DNA of 64,000 nt from Macrostomum lignano (GCA_002269645.1 NIVC01000921.1:310001-374000), one strand, 5' to 3'. Positions 33,366 through 45,383 are shown, numbered from the stretch's first letter. Numbers and translations: made by a program. The notes: generated by a model not told the origin, from the letters alone.

Positions 33366-34781
33366 CGAGGCCAACTCCTCCGATGGAGGAGAAAGGGAAA
33401 GAATTCCCATCACCGGAACTCCATTCTCTGAAATGTATCAGCTGAATCCTATCATCCTCTCCGCGAAACTGAATTGAAATCCTCTCCGTAAAAGAGAACT
33501 CGATCAAACACCTCTCCGCGAAACAGAAATCCTCTCCGCGAAACAGAAATCTTCTCCGTGAAACTGGACACCTTTCGAAATCCTCTCCGCGAAACAGAAA
33601 TCCTTTCCGTGAAACTGGACTCCATGGAAATCCTCTGCGTGAAACTGACATCCATCAAAATCATCTCCGCAAAACAGAAATTCTCTCTATAAAAATGGAC
33701 TCAATCAAAATTTTCTCCGTCAAAAAGAATCAACTCTCAGGATTCAGTGGTTAGGGGTTAGGGTTAGGGTTAGGGTTAGGGTTAGACCTAAACACAGCTG
33801 CGTGTTCAAATAAAAAATTGATTTGATTTTTTAACCAATTGAATCAATTGATTGCGCAACCGATTTCTCAGTCAGTCAGTATCAGTCTCAGTTAAAGTTA
33901 ACAAAAATATTGCGCAATCTAAATCAACCCTCCAGTACACAGCGACCGACCCCTTTTCAATACGCAGTAGCAGTTAGAAATTGAACCCCCAACTGTTGGG
34001 GGGTCGGTCGAACGCCCATAGAACCCCAAAATGAGTACAATCTTTGCAGAAAGCTAAAAGTCTGGAAATAGTTTTTTTGATGCTGTGCTTTTAGTCTTTC
34101 TATTTAAAGCAAACAATTTATATCCTCCAACTCAGTGTTGCAAGATCTATTCAGCAGTATAAGTCTCTTCTCTTAAAGTTTAGAACTCGAAGAGCAGTTA
34201 GCGTTTGAAACTGTCTGATTTATAGAATTGAAGTATCAAGTGTACGTTCACTGCCTGCTTGCAAATTGATGCATTGAATTTCAATGTCCAACAAATACAC
34301 AGGGCTGCCCATTGAGAGACAGGAAAACTTATCAGTAGCCATATCATTGTGCAATTGTATATATAGTCCGCGACTGAGCCAGGGTCCGATTGTACACACG
34401 CAGCCACTTAGAATGCGAGCGCCACCCACTGGAGAGAAAATACACTGCAGAGATAGGAGAAAGTTATGGTGTAATCACTAAAAATTGATGCCAACTGGCC
34501 CGGTTACACCCCTTCAGCTAAAAGAATACACTACACAGATAGGCCAGCTGTTGTGGCGCAATCACTAAGAGTTGCGCAAGGTGTATCATATTCCCTATTG
34601 TTATATTATTTCTGCTTTTTTAGGGATCTTAAAATGTGAAAATGAAAGATTAAAATAGCTATAAACCCAACCCAGAAAATTTGTAGTTTACCCATATAAG
34701 TTTCAACGCTGAGTTGCAAGTAGTCTAGGAGAAAAATTGCAACATACAGACAGACAAACATTGCACCAACTTTAGTATTAA
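33366..34781 (-). mobile_element. Non-autonomous Helitron unit (about 1.4 kb) with AATCCTCTCCG(C/T)GAAAC repeats and (TTAGGG)n
   Basis: Colinear with 42696-44150 over the 3' kilobase. Terminal hairpin at 33375-33391. Confidence 0.78.
33749..33785 (+). repeat. Interstitial telomere-type repeat (TTAGGG)n
   Basis: GGTTAGGGGTTAGGGTTAGGGTTAGGGTTAGGGTTAG. Confidence 0.95.
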
Positions 34782-35845
34782 CGAGGCCAACTCCTCCTCC
34801 GGAGGAGAAAGGGGAAGAACTCCCATCACCGGAATCCCATAACCGGAATTCCATTCCCTGAAATCCATCAGCTGAATCTCATGAGCTAAGTCAGTCAGAG
34901 TAAGAGTCACACAAAGCATTTATGACGTAATCAATTTATCAGGCAGTCGGTGTTAGGCTCATTATAAATTAACTATAAGGTTACGCAATCCAAATCAACC
35001 CTCCAATACGTACACAGCGACCTACACTTTCAGTACACAACGCGCAATTAGAAATCTAACTAACGCATCCATTCCTATCAGGTAGTTATACTTCTGTGTC
35101 TCCGTTAAATATATTAAAAAACTAATTCAAAGACATCATTGGGGGTGCGCAGGAAACGACCAAATTAAAGGGATAGTATAAGCACGGGTCATTGGCTAAG
35201 TATTGCATAATTGTTAATTCAGAATTTATGTGCATGTAATACCTTTTCATTATTTATGATGTTTACTAATAGCCTATGAATCGACTGGCTCGTTTGTATT
35301 CTGAATCCTGCGCACCCCGAGTACAGTATGGCATATATTTTTTATTAAAGCAATGCAATTGTGTTATAATAGGGGTGCAAGCAAAGGTGGGGAGAAAGTG
35401 GAAGAAACCTAATAACTTAACTGACAATACTAAATGTGTGAATTGGCCGTTAATATTACACGTGTAACAAAATACATAAATAATTACGAACGGCTACTTT
35501 GTACATTAAAAAGATTCAGAAAAAATAAGTACGGCAATTGAATCTAAATTGCTTGGAGCCTGAGCATTCTTAGAAGCTCCCCTTATATGAGCAACTCTAT
35601 CAAGAAACAGTTTTGCCACTACCTAATAGTTTATGTTAAAAGATTTATCAGTCTCATTATTTGTCGCACTCTCAATTTGGCACTCAATGTGGCATAAGTA
35701 TTTTCGCTCGTGAATTCGTCACTCTCAATATGACATCCTGAATTTTGCACCCTCATAAGTATTATCGCTCTCAAATTTGTCACTCATAATTTTTCACTCC
35801 CTCTCATGATTAACCACTCCTTCTCATAATTTTTCACCCACTCGC

Positions 35846-35985
35846 TCCCATAATTTGTCACTCACTCTCATAATTTGTCACTCACTCTCATAATTTGTCA
35901 CTTACTCTCATAATTTGTCACTCACTCTCATAATTTGTCACTCACTCTCATAATTTATCACTCACTCTTATAATATGTCACTCAT
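35846..35985. repeat. 20-bp tandem repeat (ATAATTTGTCACTCACTCTC) just after the helicase stop codon
   Basis: About 6-7 clean units, with degenerate copies extending to about 35650. Confidence 0.92.
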
Positions 35986-36029
35986 ATTATATTTCTGTCA
36001 TTTGAGTCTGTTAATTCAATTGAGTCTAA

Positions 36030-39000
36030 TCAGTTCTGCTTGCCGATAAGCTGGCGCAGCACGATGTTCCGCGTCCGTCCGCCTGGAGCCCGAACTTTAA
36101 CGCCATCGGCACTCCGCGCACGACTCAGAGCCACGTAGAGCTGGCCATGCTGAAAGCAAGCCGTCGTCAGGTCGACGGCGTAGGTGCCCAGCGACTGGCC
36201 CTGGCTCTTGTGGATGGTCATGGCGAAGCACGGCCGGATCGGGAACTGCAGACGGCGGAAAACAAACGGAACCTCTGTCGGACTCGGCTCCTGCGGGATC
36301 CGCGGGATGAACACCTGCCGCGAACGGTAGACGCCGGTGGTTACCTCCGCTAGCAGGACGTTGTCACGCAGTTCACGCAGCAGTAGCCGAGTCCCGTTGC
36401 ACAGCAGCGGTGGGTCCAGATTCCGCATCATGACGACCGGCATGCCGACCTTCAGCTCCAGTCGGTGATGCGACATACCGCTGGGGTCCAGCCGGTTCAG
36501 CAGCTCCGGTGGAAAATTGGTGGCTGCCGTGTCGTCATTCGGAATCGAGTCAACAGATAAGTAGACTCGACTCTCACCGGGGAAGAGCGCTAAGCAGGCG
36601 GCGTTGGCCTCGTCCACCGTCCTGTTGAGTGGCGCCAGGATGCTCCGCTCCGCGAACATCTGGTCACGCTGCGCACTCGGCTCAAAGGACGGGTAAACAT
36701 GCCGAATGAGCTGCTCAGTGGTTGTGTCCTCGGGCAGAAGGATCTCGCTAGGCAAGGAGACCATGCCCTCAACGTCCTCTGGCAGCTCCCCGTTGCCAAC
36801 CTGACGGTGAAAAAGTGGAATAAAATTTTACAATTTTTTCCTTCAATTTGCATGCTTAATGAGAGCATAGAAACTCCATAGATTCTCACCTGCATAAGAA
36901 AATCCGCGTAGCTTTGGAGAGCCGAGCCGCCCTCCAGCCGCAGATTCCTTGTGAGCTGGTGCTGCCTGAAGTGCGGCCACAGCACCGACCGATTCAGGCA
37001 GGCTTCAATCGTGTTGGCCTGCGTCCCTCCGGGCACAACAGCAAGCAACTGGCGAAAGTCGCCAGCCAGCACCAGCAGCGCTCCCCCGAACGGCTGCCCA
37101 CCGTGCAGCAAATCCCGCAGAGTACGCTCGACGATCTCGAGGTCTTTGCGGTGCGTCATCGGAGCCTCGTCCCACACGATGAGGCGGGCGTTCCGCAGAA
37201 TCTCCGCCAATTTGCTCCGCCTGCCGATGGAGCAGAAGGCGCTGTCCTGCCGTACAGCGCAGACGGGGATCTTGAACCTGTAGGCAGGTATCGCGAGGAT
37301 TTTCAATTTTGAGGATAAATTAAAAGGATTAAAAGGATGCCTTTCTGTGCTTAAAAATGAACCGTTTATAAAATGATTGATGCAGACACAAAACTCACAT
37401 CGAATGGGCGGTCCGACCTCCGGGAAGAATAGTCGCCGCGATGCCCGATGACGCGACGGCAACAGCAATTTGACGCCTTGCTCGAACCGACTTCAGCAGA
37501 AGCGTGAGCAGGAACGTCTTGCCTGTGCCTCCAGGAGCGTCAATGAAGTGCAGCCCGCCGCCACCGGCCGTCAGATTGGACTGCACGGCCTCGAAGACAG
37601 CTCGCTGCTCGTCAGTCAGGGTAGCGACCAGCGCATCCACTTCAGACTGCAGCTCAGCAGCTTCTTGCGGCGTCGGCAGGCAGTCAGAAAGAAGCCGAGT
37701 CTGGATATTGAGAAGAAGCTGTCATCAGTAAGCTATTAAAGGTTAAAAATATCAACAGTCAGTGTGCATAGCAGTGAGTTCATTTACTTGATCCGCTTCT
37801 GCCGGTGGTTCAGGAAGGCCGTAGGCAGACAGCTCGGATCCGCCCATCCGCTCCAGCCGCTTCTGCAGCGACCGCAGCACTTCGGCCATAGCAGCCTCGG
37901 CGCTCAAGCCCTGATGCAGCAGGTCGCCAGCCATCTCGCGGGAAAACTTCTCCCAGAGCTTGGCGGGGTCGCTGGGATCGCCGTGCGCCAAAATTGCGGC
38001 AAAAAGTCGGCGCAGAGCAGCAGGCATCCGCGTCTGGGCAGCCTCATACAGACACAGCTGCCAGTGCCTGTCGTCTTCCAGCAGTCCGCGAGCCTGGCAG
38101 GCGGCCTTGAAGGTCGGCAGCAGGACTCCGTCAACAGTGCGCAGAGCCTCGAACGAAGTCGGGCCGCGCACATTCACCAGCAGCAGGCGCAGGTAAAAAC
38201 AGTCGCCCATCCGAGGACTGACTGTGTAGATGCGGCCGATGTTGCTGGTCGTCAGAACATCGGCTGGCTGATCAGCAGCGACTCGGCCGCGACCTGCGCG
38301 ATGCCACTGGTGCGCCCTGGGGTCCCAGGTGAAGTGCCGGGGCACCTCCTGGTACAGCAGACCGCGGGCGATTTCGTCATGGCGACAGAGCTGGGCGGGT
38401 AGGAACAGGAAAGTGGGCGGGTAGAAACAGGAAGGAGGAATAAATTTAACAAATTGCACTTTGTCTGCAAAACTCACATCGAAGAAGGCGGTCAAAGTCG
38501 TGGCCTTGGGCGTAGCAGCAACAGCCTGAGCCGTCTCGTCAGTGAATAAGACCCGCTGCTCGTCCTTAAGATGAACCGCGAGCCTGATCACAGGCGGGTA
38601 TCGGCTGTGCACCTCGAAGCCCAGGATGGTGTTAACCGCCTCCATTGGACCGATGAACCTGCCCAGTAGGTATTCGTCGATCTCGTCGATCTTGCGTCGC
38701 TTTGCGGAAGTCGCAGCAGCAGCAGCAGCAGTCCCAGTCGACGCGGACGGACCGGCGATCGCCAGTGGTCCTTCAGTGGCCGAATCAGCGCTGGCATTCG
38801 CAGCAGCCGCCGACTCCTTGCGGATCTGGTATGCTGCCATGTCGCTACCCTTGGTGATGTACTTCACCACGTACTTGATGGCCCGAACTGTCGCGCAGAT
38901 CTCGACATTCAGGTGACAGCGAAACTCGCGCAGCAGCGCTGGGCAGTACGGCACCACCCAGCGGTTGTCAAAGGTGAACATCACCCTCTGACCGCCGCGC

Positions 39001-41960
39001 AGCTTTGCGAGCTTCGTCACCGTGAAGCCGCCCATCTCGACGGATCTGCGGCAGTAATGCGGGTAGCCATCCTCCTCGACCTTCGTGGCGGCCAGGAACT
39101 CCCTCGGGTAGCGCTTGCTGCACCTGCCTTTCTCCATGCACGCCGCGGCAGAATTGAGCTGCTGTCCACAGGGACCGTGCAGCATGTTCTCCGCCACCAG
39201 CTGATGCAGGTCGGCGTCGGCGACAGGGTCCGGGATCTCCGCGCTGATGACGGCGTCGTACTGATCCGGCTTCAGCTTGTTCGCCAGCCAAAGCAGCGCG
39301 TGCACGTGGGGAAGACCTAGAGGTAGATAAAATGAAAAACTCTATTGAAATTTACGAAATTATGGAGGCGACAGATAATGCAAGATTTAAAGTTTAAAAT
39401 TTTCAAAAGTTCACAAATTTCACACTTGCCTCGCTTCTGGTACTCCAGCGAGCAGACTCGAGCAAGAGTATCTCCAAACAGACTCTTCAGCCTGTTTAGG
39501 AAGGCCTTTTTCTTCAGCTCGAACACCCGGGCGGTGATGTCCGGCCGATCGACAGCAGTCTGTCCTGGAAGCAGCTCGGCCAGAATTTCCGGCCACTTCG
39601 GGTTGCATGTCATTGTCAGAAACAGGTCTGGGCGGCCAAAGGCGTGAACATACGCCATGGCATCCTGCTGACGCTCCAACGGTACCGTGGACCTCCCACG
39701 TAGCTGGAAGTAAGAATGACACGCTTCCCGACTTCCTCCGGCCTGCCGTCGTCCTCGTGCAGCGCGTCTCGGAGACCCCGAAGACTTTCCGACACCAGAT
39801 CCTTTTGGTGCAGTCGGATGTACGTAAGTCGCTCGGACTCGATCTTAGCAGCCTGGTCCACCAGGTACTGCTGGAAGAGTCGGCGACCGTACAGCAGGCT
39901 GTTGAACTGGACTGGGCGCACCTGGATCATGAAGGCATAGTACTTCATGATAGTGATGCCACGATCCTGCTTGAGTCCGATGCTCCAGCCGTCCTCACCA
40001 AATGGGAACAGCAGGACGTACTCCAAGGGATCGTAGGAGCGGTGGGTATCACAGATGCTCTGGAGGCCTGTGAATCAAAAGTGATGAAAGGGCGAATTCT
40101 CATTTTTTAAATGCAAATACAGCAACTAAATTAATGAAACAGAATGTTTGAGTCTTCCAATTGACACAAAAGCAAAAGATAATAAATTGCTTCAATATTT
40201 AAGCGATACATGTGCAAAAAGAAGCGCAAAAGTCTGAGTCTTTTTAGGAAAATGATTTAAATGCCTGTATTAACAAATAAAAAAGTTAAACATAATTTCG
40301 AGATGCAGAACTCACCACCCCCCCTCAGACGCAAAATCACGTCCCGCCGTCGCGTCTGGGCTGCGCCTTCGGTATCGTCAAGGTCCGTCAGGATGCCTAC
40401 TTCACTGCACTCGGGCAAATTGAAGCGTCTGGCATGCTCCCCTGATGGACGGGCATCGGGGTTGATGACGATCTTGGCGCTTTGCAGCTGAGGGTCGTTG
40501 CAGAGCAAGTCAACGGCGGACTTGAGGCTGCGCACGTAGCCGTTGCACGCATGCAGCATGGCTTGCACATACATGTGCAACCTCCAAAATTCGGTCAGCC
40601 ATGCGACTTAGTTTTAACAAAAATGCGACGTAGTTTTTGGCCAAAAATGCGACTTACATTTAAAAAAACCCGAAAGCAAAATTAACGCAACTTTGGGTAA
40701 ACGGCAGGAGTAACTATAACTGTTTTATTAAGCTAAAATGCCTCGTCAGCTACTTAGTACTACTCTTCAGGTTATTTTTGGGTGGGCATTTTTGCGACTT
40801 CCTTGATTGGCCGCCAAATCGGTCGGCCGGATCGGCCGACTCGGCCGACTGTTGCGCATGTATGGGCTTGCAGCTCTTCCAGCACACGACCGTTCAGTCC
40901 GGTGGCCCACTGCAGCCGGGTTTGCAGCTCCTGGTCCACAAAAAAGACCTGGCAGAACCTGCCCTCATCCCCCGGATCCGGCAAGAGACTGCCGATCTTG
41001 TGGTGCACCTGACCATTGAGAATGAAGCTCGGGTTCCAGCCGGGCTGCTCACGCTGCTTGGCACCGAGCGACGTCATGTGGAGCGCGCCGTTGTACTTCC
41101 TGATGTCCTTCAGGAACTGAGAGCTGTCTGGGTGCTGGCCAGTCAGAAGCCGCTTCAGGACATCAGGGGGGTCACGGCGGGGCTCCAGGACGGTCTGAGT
41201 TGGATTTACGTTGGATTTATCACTTTCAGCAGCACATCACGCAATTGTCTATGACTAATGACTCCATTGGTGGTCAAAGGTTTCATACTGTATACAATGA
41301 TTAGTATAAAAAGCATTAATGAGGCAGCAATTCAAGTAAACTAAAATAAAAAATGGACTTACCTTTCCAGCGTGGCAGCAAATGCTAGCTGGCTCGTCCT
41401 TCCAGCGTAGCGCGCTGCAGTGCGGACATTGGCGGTCCATGCGACCGAGGACATGTGGCTGGTGTGCCAGCTCCAGCAGTCTGTGGCAACGAAGAAGGTG
41501 CATTTCAATCATTACTAATAAATGAATTATAAAATCCAGATGTACATGCATAAAGTTTATTTGTATCAGAGAAGAGATCAGTCTCGCACGTAAGAATAGC
41601 AGAATAAATAATCAGGAACCCCTACCTGTCTCGGCGCCAGCCTGCCTGTACATGTAGACGGCGGTCGCGGTCGTCAGCGGACTCAGCCGCGCGATTCTGG
41701 TTCTGGCGCTGCCGCTGCGCCTCCAGTCGATGCTGATGGACCGCTTCGTCCTCGACTTCACGACTTTCGGCTGTGCACAGTCGATTCGCCTCAAGGCGAT
41801 GCTGGCGCTGAACTTCGCCTTCAGCCTCACGGCTTTTGGCTGTGCGCAGTCGATTCGCCTCAAGGCGATGCTGGCGTTCTTCAGGTGTCTCCGACGCCCT
41901 GCGCTTCTTGGCTGCCGATGCAGCGCGTGAAGAACGGGAAATATTTCCGCGTTTCGGCAT
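36030..41960 (-). pseudogene. Helitron Rep/PIF1-like helicase, intron-containing and disabled. Exons about 41960-41626, 41514-41363, 41194-40315 (split by a MITE), 40067-39430, 39316-38478, 38390-37788, 37718-37399, 37277-36890, 36800-36030
   Basis: Zn motif GRMDRQCPHCSALRWKDE...CCHAGK. Rep motif 1 PDLFLTMTCNPKW, HUH motif EYQKRG|LPHVHALLW, motif 3 AIKYVVKYITKG. Helicase motifs DAPGGTGKT, IVWDEAPM, GDFRQL, MTIHKSQGQSL, HGQLYVALSR. Lesions: MITE at 40568-40864 and 1-nt frameshifts near 39682 and 41650. Confidence 0.95.
40568..40864. mobile_element. 297-bp hAT-type MITE inserted in the Helitron Rep/Hel coding sequence
   Basis: 14-bp TIRs CATACATG(T/C)GCAAC and 8-bp TSD GGCTTGCA (40560-40567 / 40865-40872). 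Removing the element and one TSD restores ...EELQAMLHACNGY in frame. Confidence 0.93.
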
Positions 41961-42695
41961 TTTGGATGAAAAAAATAAGCAAAAATAGGCTAAAATAGGC
42001 TAAAATAAGCAAAAACAGGCAAAAAAGAGTAAAAATTAAAAAAAATTTAGTGTATTTTGATAGGTAAATAGCAAAAACGGCAGATTGGAGAGAATGAGAG
42101 AAATCTATTATGATATGGAAAATTGAATTGAAAATTGAAAATTCGCCTCATTAAGTAAGTAAAGGCCCAGTGAAAAAATCAATAAACAGAACTTTAGGCC
42201 CCAGCAGTCTGTCCATTTCCCAGTTAAAGGGACTGACTGACTAAAGGCGCCGATAATAAAACCAAATCGTAGCCTCTGTTTACACTGTACAGTGGTATGT
42301 ACTCAGCCAAAGCCCAACCCCACCCCCCCCCCCGAAGCATAGAATTTCACTGAACCCCCAAAACGCGGGGGGGGGGTTTATTTGCATTGAACGCAGAACA
42401 CGCGCACCCACCAACCCTCAATACACAGCGACCCGCGGGCGGAGGTTGGGGTGGCTATTTTTACAAACAGACTGCCAACTCTCTTACTGGAAAGACAGAA
42501 GGGCCAAAGAAGGTTAAAAGCAGTTTTCTGCTTTTTTAGGGATGTTAAAATGTGAAAATTAAAAATTAAAATAGCCTAAAGCCTGATCCGGAAAATTTTC
42601 TGTTTTCCCATATAAGTTTCGACGCTGACTTGCCAGTTGTCTAGGAGAAAAATCGCAACACACACACAATCATCGCACCAGTTTTAGTATTAAGA

Positions 42696-44150
42696 CGAGG
42701 CCAACTCCTCCGATGGAGGAGAAAGGGGAAGAATTCCCATCACCGGTACTCCATTCCCTGAAATGCCATTCCCTGAATCCCATCATCCAACTCCTCTCCG
42801 CGAAACTGAACATCATCGAAATCTTCTCCGTAAAAGAGAACTCCATCAAACACCTCTCCGTGAAACTGACATTCATCAAAATCCCCTCCGAGAAATAGAA
42901 ATCCTCTCCGTGAAACTGGACTCCATGGAAATCCTCTCCGTGAAACTGACATTCATCAAAATCCCCTCCGAGAAACAGAAATCCTCTCCGTGAAACTGGA
43001 CTCCATGGAAATACTCTCCGTGAAACTGACATTCATCAAAATCCCCTCCGAGAAACAGAAATTCTCTCCATTAAACTGGACTGAATCGAAATTTTCTCCG
43101 TAAAAAAGAATCAACTCTCAGGATTTAGTGGTTAGGGTTAGGGTTAGGGTTAGGGTTAGAGCTACAACGCAGCAGCGTGTTGAACCAATTGAATTAATTA
43201 AATGCGCAACCGATTTCACAGTCAGTCAGTATCAGTCTCGGTAAAAAGTTAACAAAAAGATTGCGCAAACTAAATCAACCCTCCAATACACAGCGACTGA
43301 CCCCCTTCCAATACGCAGTGGCAATTAAAAGTTGAACCCCCCCCTCCCACCAACTGTTGGGGGTTGGTCGAACCCCCATTGAACTCCAAAATGAGTACAC
43401 TGCCGAAAGTTAAAAGTATGGAAATCGTTTTTTTAAATGCTGTGCTTTTTGTTTTCACATTTAAAGCAAACAACTTATATCCCCGAACTCAGTATTGCAA
43501 GATCTTTCCAGTAATATAAGTCTCTCCTCTGAAAGTTTAAAACTCGAGGAACAGTTAGCGCTTGAAATTTCCTGATTTAAAGCATTAAAGTATCGAGTGT
43601 ACGTTCACAGCCTGCTAAAGAGGCTCGCAAGTTTATTCATTAAATTTTACTGCCCAGCAAATACACATGGCTGCCTATTGAATGCCGCCGATAATAAAAC
43701 CAATTAAATCTCGACACAGTCCTAGCTATCTCCTTACACTGTACAACTGCTATGTACACTCAGCCCAAGCCCAACCCCCTCCCATTCCGGGGGAATCGTT
43801 AAATTTAATTGAACCCCCAACACGCGGGGGGTTATTTGCATTGAACGCGTAACACGCGCACCCACCACCCCTCAATACACAGCGGCCCGCGGGCGGAGGT
43901 TGGGGTGGCTATTTTTACAAACTGGCTGCAGCCCCAGTCAGAGTGGCCAAAGAAGGTTATTGAGGGTTAAAAAAACAGTTTTCTGCTTTTTTAGGGATCT
44001 TAAAATGTAAAAATGAAATATTAAAATAGCTATAAACCCAATCCGGAAAATTTGCAGTTTTCCCATATAAGTTTCAACGCTGACTTGCCAGTAGTCTAGG
44101 AGAAAAATTGCAACACACAAACAAACATCGCACCACTTTTAGTATTAAGA
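42696..44150 (-). mobile_element. Non-autonomous Helitron unit (1455 bp)
   Basis: Its 5' about 460 bp (44150-43690) matches the 5' region of the Rep/Hel-bearing unit (42695-42250). Its 3' about 1 kb matches 33366-34350. Terminal hairpin at 42705-42721. Confidence 0.82.
43130..43159 (+). repeat. Interstitial telomere-type repeat (TTAGGG)n
   Basis: GGTTAGGGTTAGGGTTAGGGTTAGGGTTAG, at the homologous position to the 33749 tract. Confidence 0.95.
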
Positions 44151-44342
44151 AATTAAAATAGCCTAAAGCCTGCTCCGGAAAATTTGCAGTTTTCCCATAT
44201 AAGTTTCGACGCTGACTTGCTAGTTGTCTAGGAGAAAAATCGCAACACACACACAATCATCGCACCAGTTTTAGTATTAAGAGAGACATACAGACAGACA
44301 AACATTGCACCAACTTTAGTATTAAGAAGGAAGGAAGAGGAT

Positions 44343-44935
44343 CTCTTCTTTATGTTAACTTTAACATCATTAAAAACAGACAATAGAAACAAAAGTTATA
44401 AACTAAAATGTAGTAAGACCTGGACAATAGACTTACAGTAAGTAAGCAAGTTAATAAAAATTCAAAGTGGTAACTGACAAATGGGTAACTGGCCCCGGGG
44501 AATGCTGCAAAATGACTGCAGTAAATGACTGCAATAGACCCATGAGCCAATGAAAGTTAAGCATAAATCTTTGCTCAATTGTCTCCCATCCCCTAAAACG
44601 TATATATCACACTCCTTTGAGCAACACTTGAATGCACATCCAGGAATTTTAGTGCAGCAAACAGAGGAAACAAACAGCAATATAGTTGAAGCCCAGTTTG
44701 AAATATTTTGTTGCTTTAAAAGCCATATACTTTTCCAATTTTTTCTATAAATATTTTTGTCACAGCAGCCTAACAAAGAAGTCTGAGTGCATTCTATCGA
44801 AAGTACTTTTGCTACTTTTCGCTAACTTGCCAAATTACTGTAAGTCTATGATCAAGGTCCTGCTACATTTTAGTTTATAACTTTTGTTTCCATTGTCTGT
44901 TTTTAATGATGTTAAAGTTAATATAAAGAAAAGAG
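44343..44935. mobile_element. About 590-bp element with long (about 110 bp) terminal inverted repeats (foldback/MULE-like)
   Basis: CTCTTCTTTATGTTAACTTTAACATCATTAAAAACAGACAAT...GACTTACAGTAA (about 44343-44452) is the near-perfect reverse complement of about 44824-44935. No TSD recognised. Confidence 0.72.
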
Positions 44936-45383
44936 TTGCTGCTATAAATCTATGCAAAGATGTTATTTGGATCAGCAGAACAAGAGACATGCTTGGGTGC
45001 AATCTAGGGATTCACCCGGCCATTTCTATTGGCATGTAAATTCCAATTTCAAATTGTCTTGAAATCCCCAAAATACCCACAATATATTGAATTGTGATCT
45101 ATCTAATCCCAAGTATTTTGATCCTATCTAACTTATTACACTATTACATGTTATTAAACTGGGTTATTAAAATAAATTTCACATCAAGTTCAGATACAGT
45201 TTCTCATAGCTAATGAAGTGGACTAAAAGGAACTATTTCCTGGGGATTCTTTACTGTTGCTTGACATTTATCGCCAATTGGAGCAATGTAAATATCAAGT
45301 TAGAGTTATAACCTCTCTGCTTTTCTTCCAGCCAAAAGCGACTAGGAAAATACTTAAAAAAACAGCCGCAGAGTAGTGGAAGG

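Larger units (their letters stand above)
34782..42695 (-). mobile_element. 7.9-kb Helitron carrying the Rep/helicase gene (formerly autonomous)
   Basis: 5' TC terminus at 42695, Rep/Hel gene at 41960-36030, and 3' hairpin (CTCCTCC-GGAGGAG variant) with CTCG end at 34782. Confidence 0.85.
32940..44327 (-). mobile_element. Head-to-tail Helitron array (at least four units plus stacked 5' ends)
   Basis: On the minus strand, 5' termini TCTTAATACTAAA (or TCGTATATACTAAAA) followed by TG/TGTC microsatellite-like runs occur at 44327, 44282, 44150, 42695, 34781 (TC missing) and 33365. A 3' hairpin CTCCTCC-ATC-GGAGGAG plus TTGGCCTCG abuts the next 5' end at 42696 and 33366, and a variant hairpin does so at 34782. 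Confidence 0.82.

Noticed and set aside
33328-33664. MSVSRRGF... ORFs (also 42670-43032)
   Set aside because: They arise from the subterminal repeats of the Helitron units.
33749-33785. True telomere or chromosome-fusion scar
   Set aside because: Only 4-5 units, at the same internal position of a repeated element, with no head-to-head TTAGGG/CCCTAA junction.
36030-37718. Host PIF1 helicase gene
   Set aside because: It splices in frame to an upstream HUH Rep domain and lies within Helitron termini.
40568-40864. MITE removed as an intron (introner-like) from the Rep/Hel mRNA
   Set aside because: The GCAAG donor and AG acceptor in the two TSD copies would delete 5 coding nt and shift the frame. 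No frame-preserving pair was seen at the ends.
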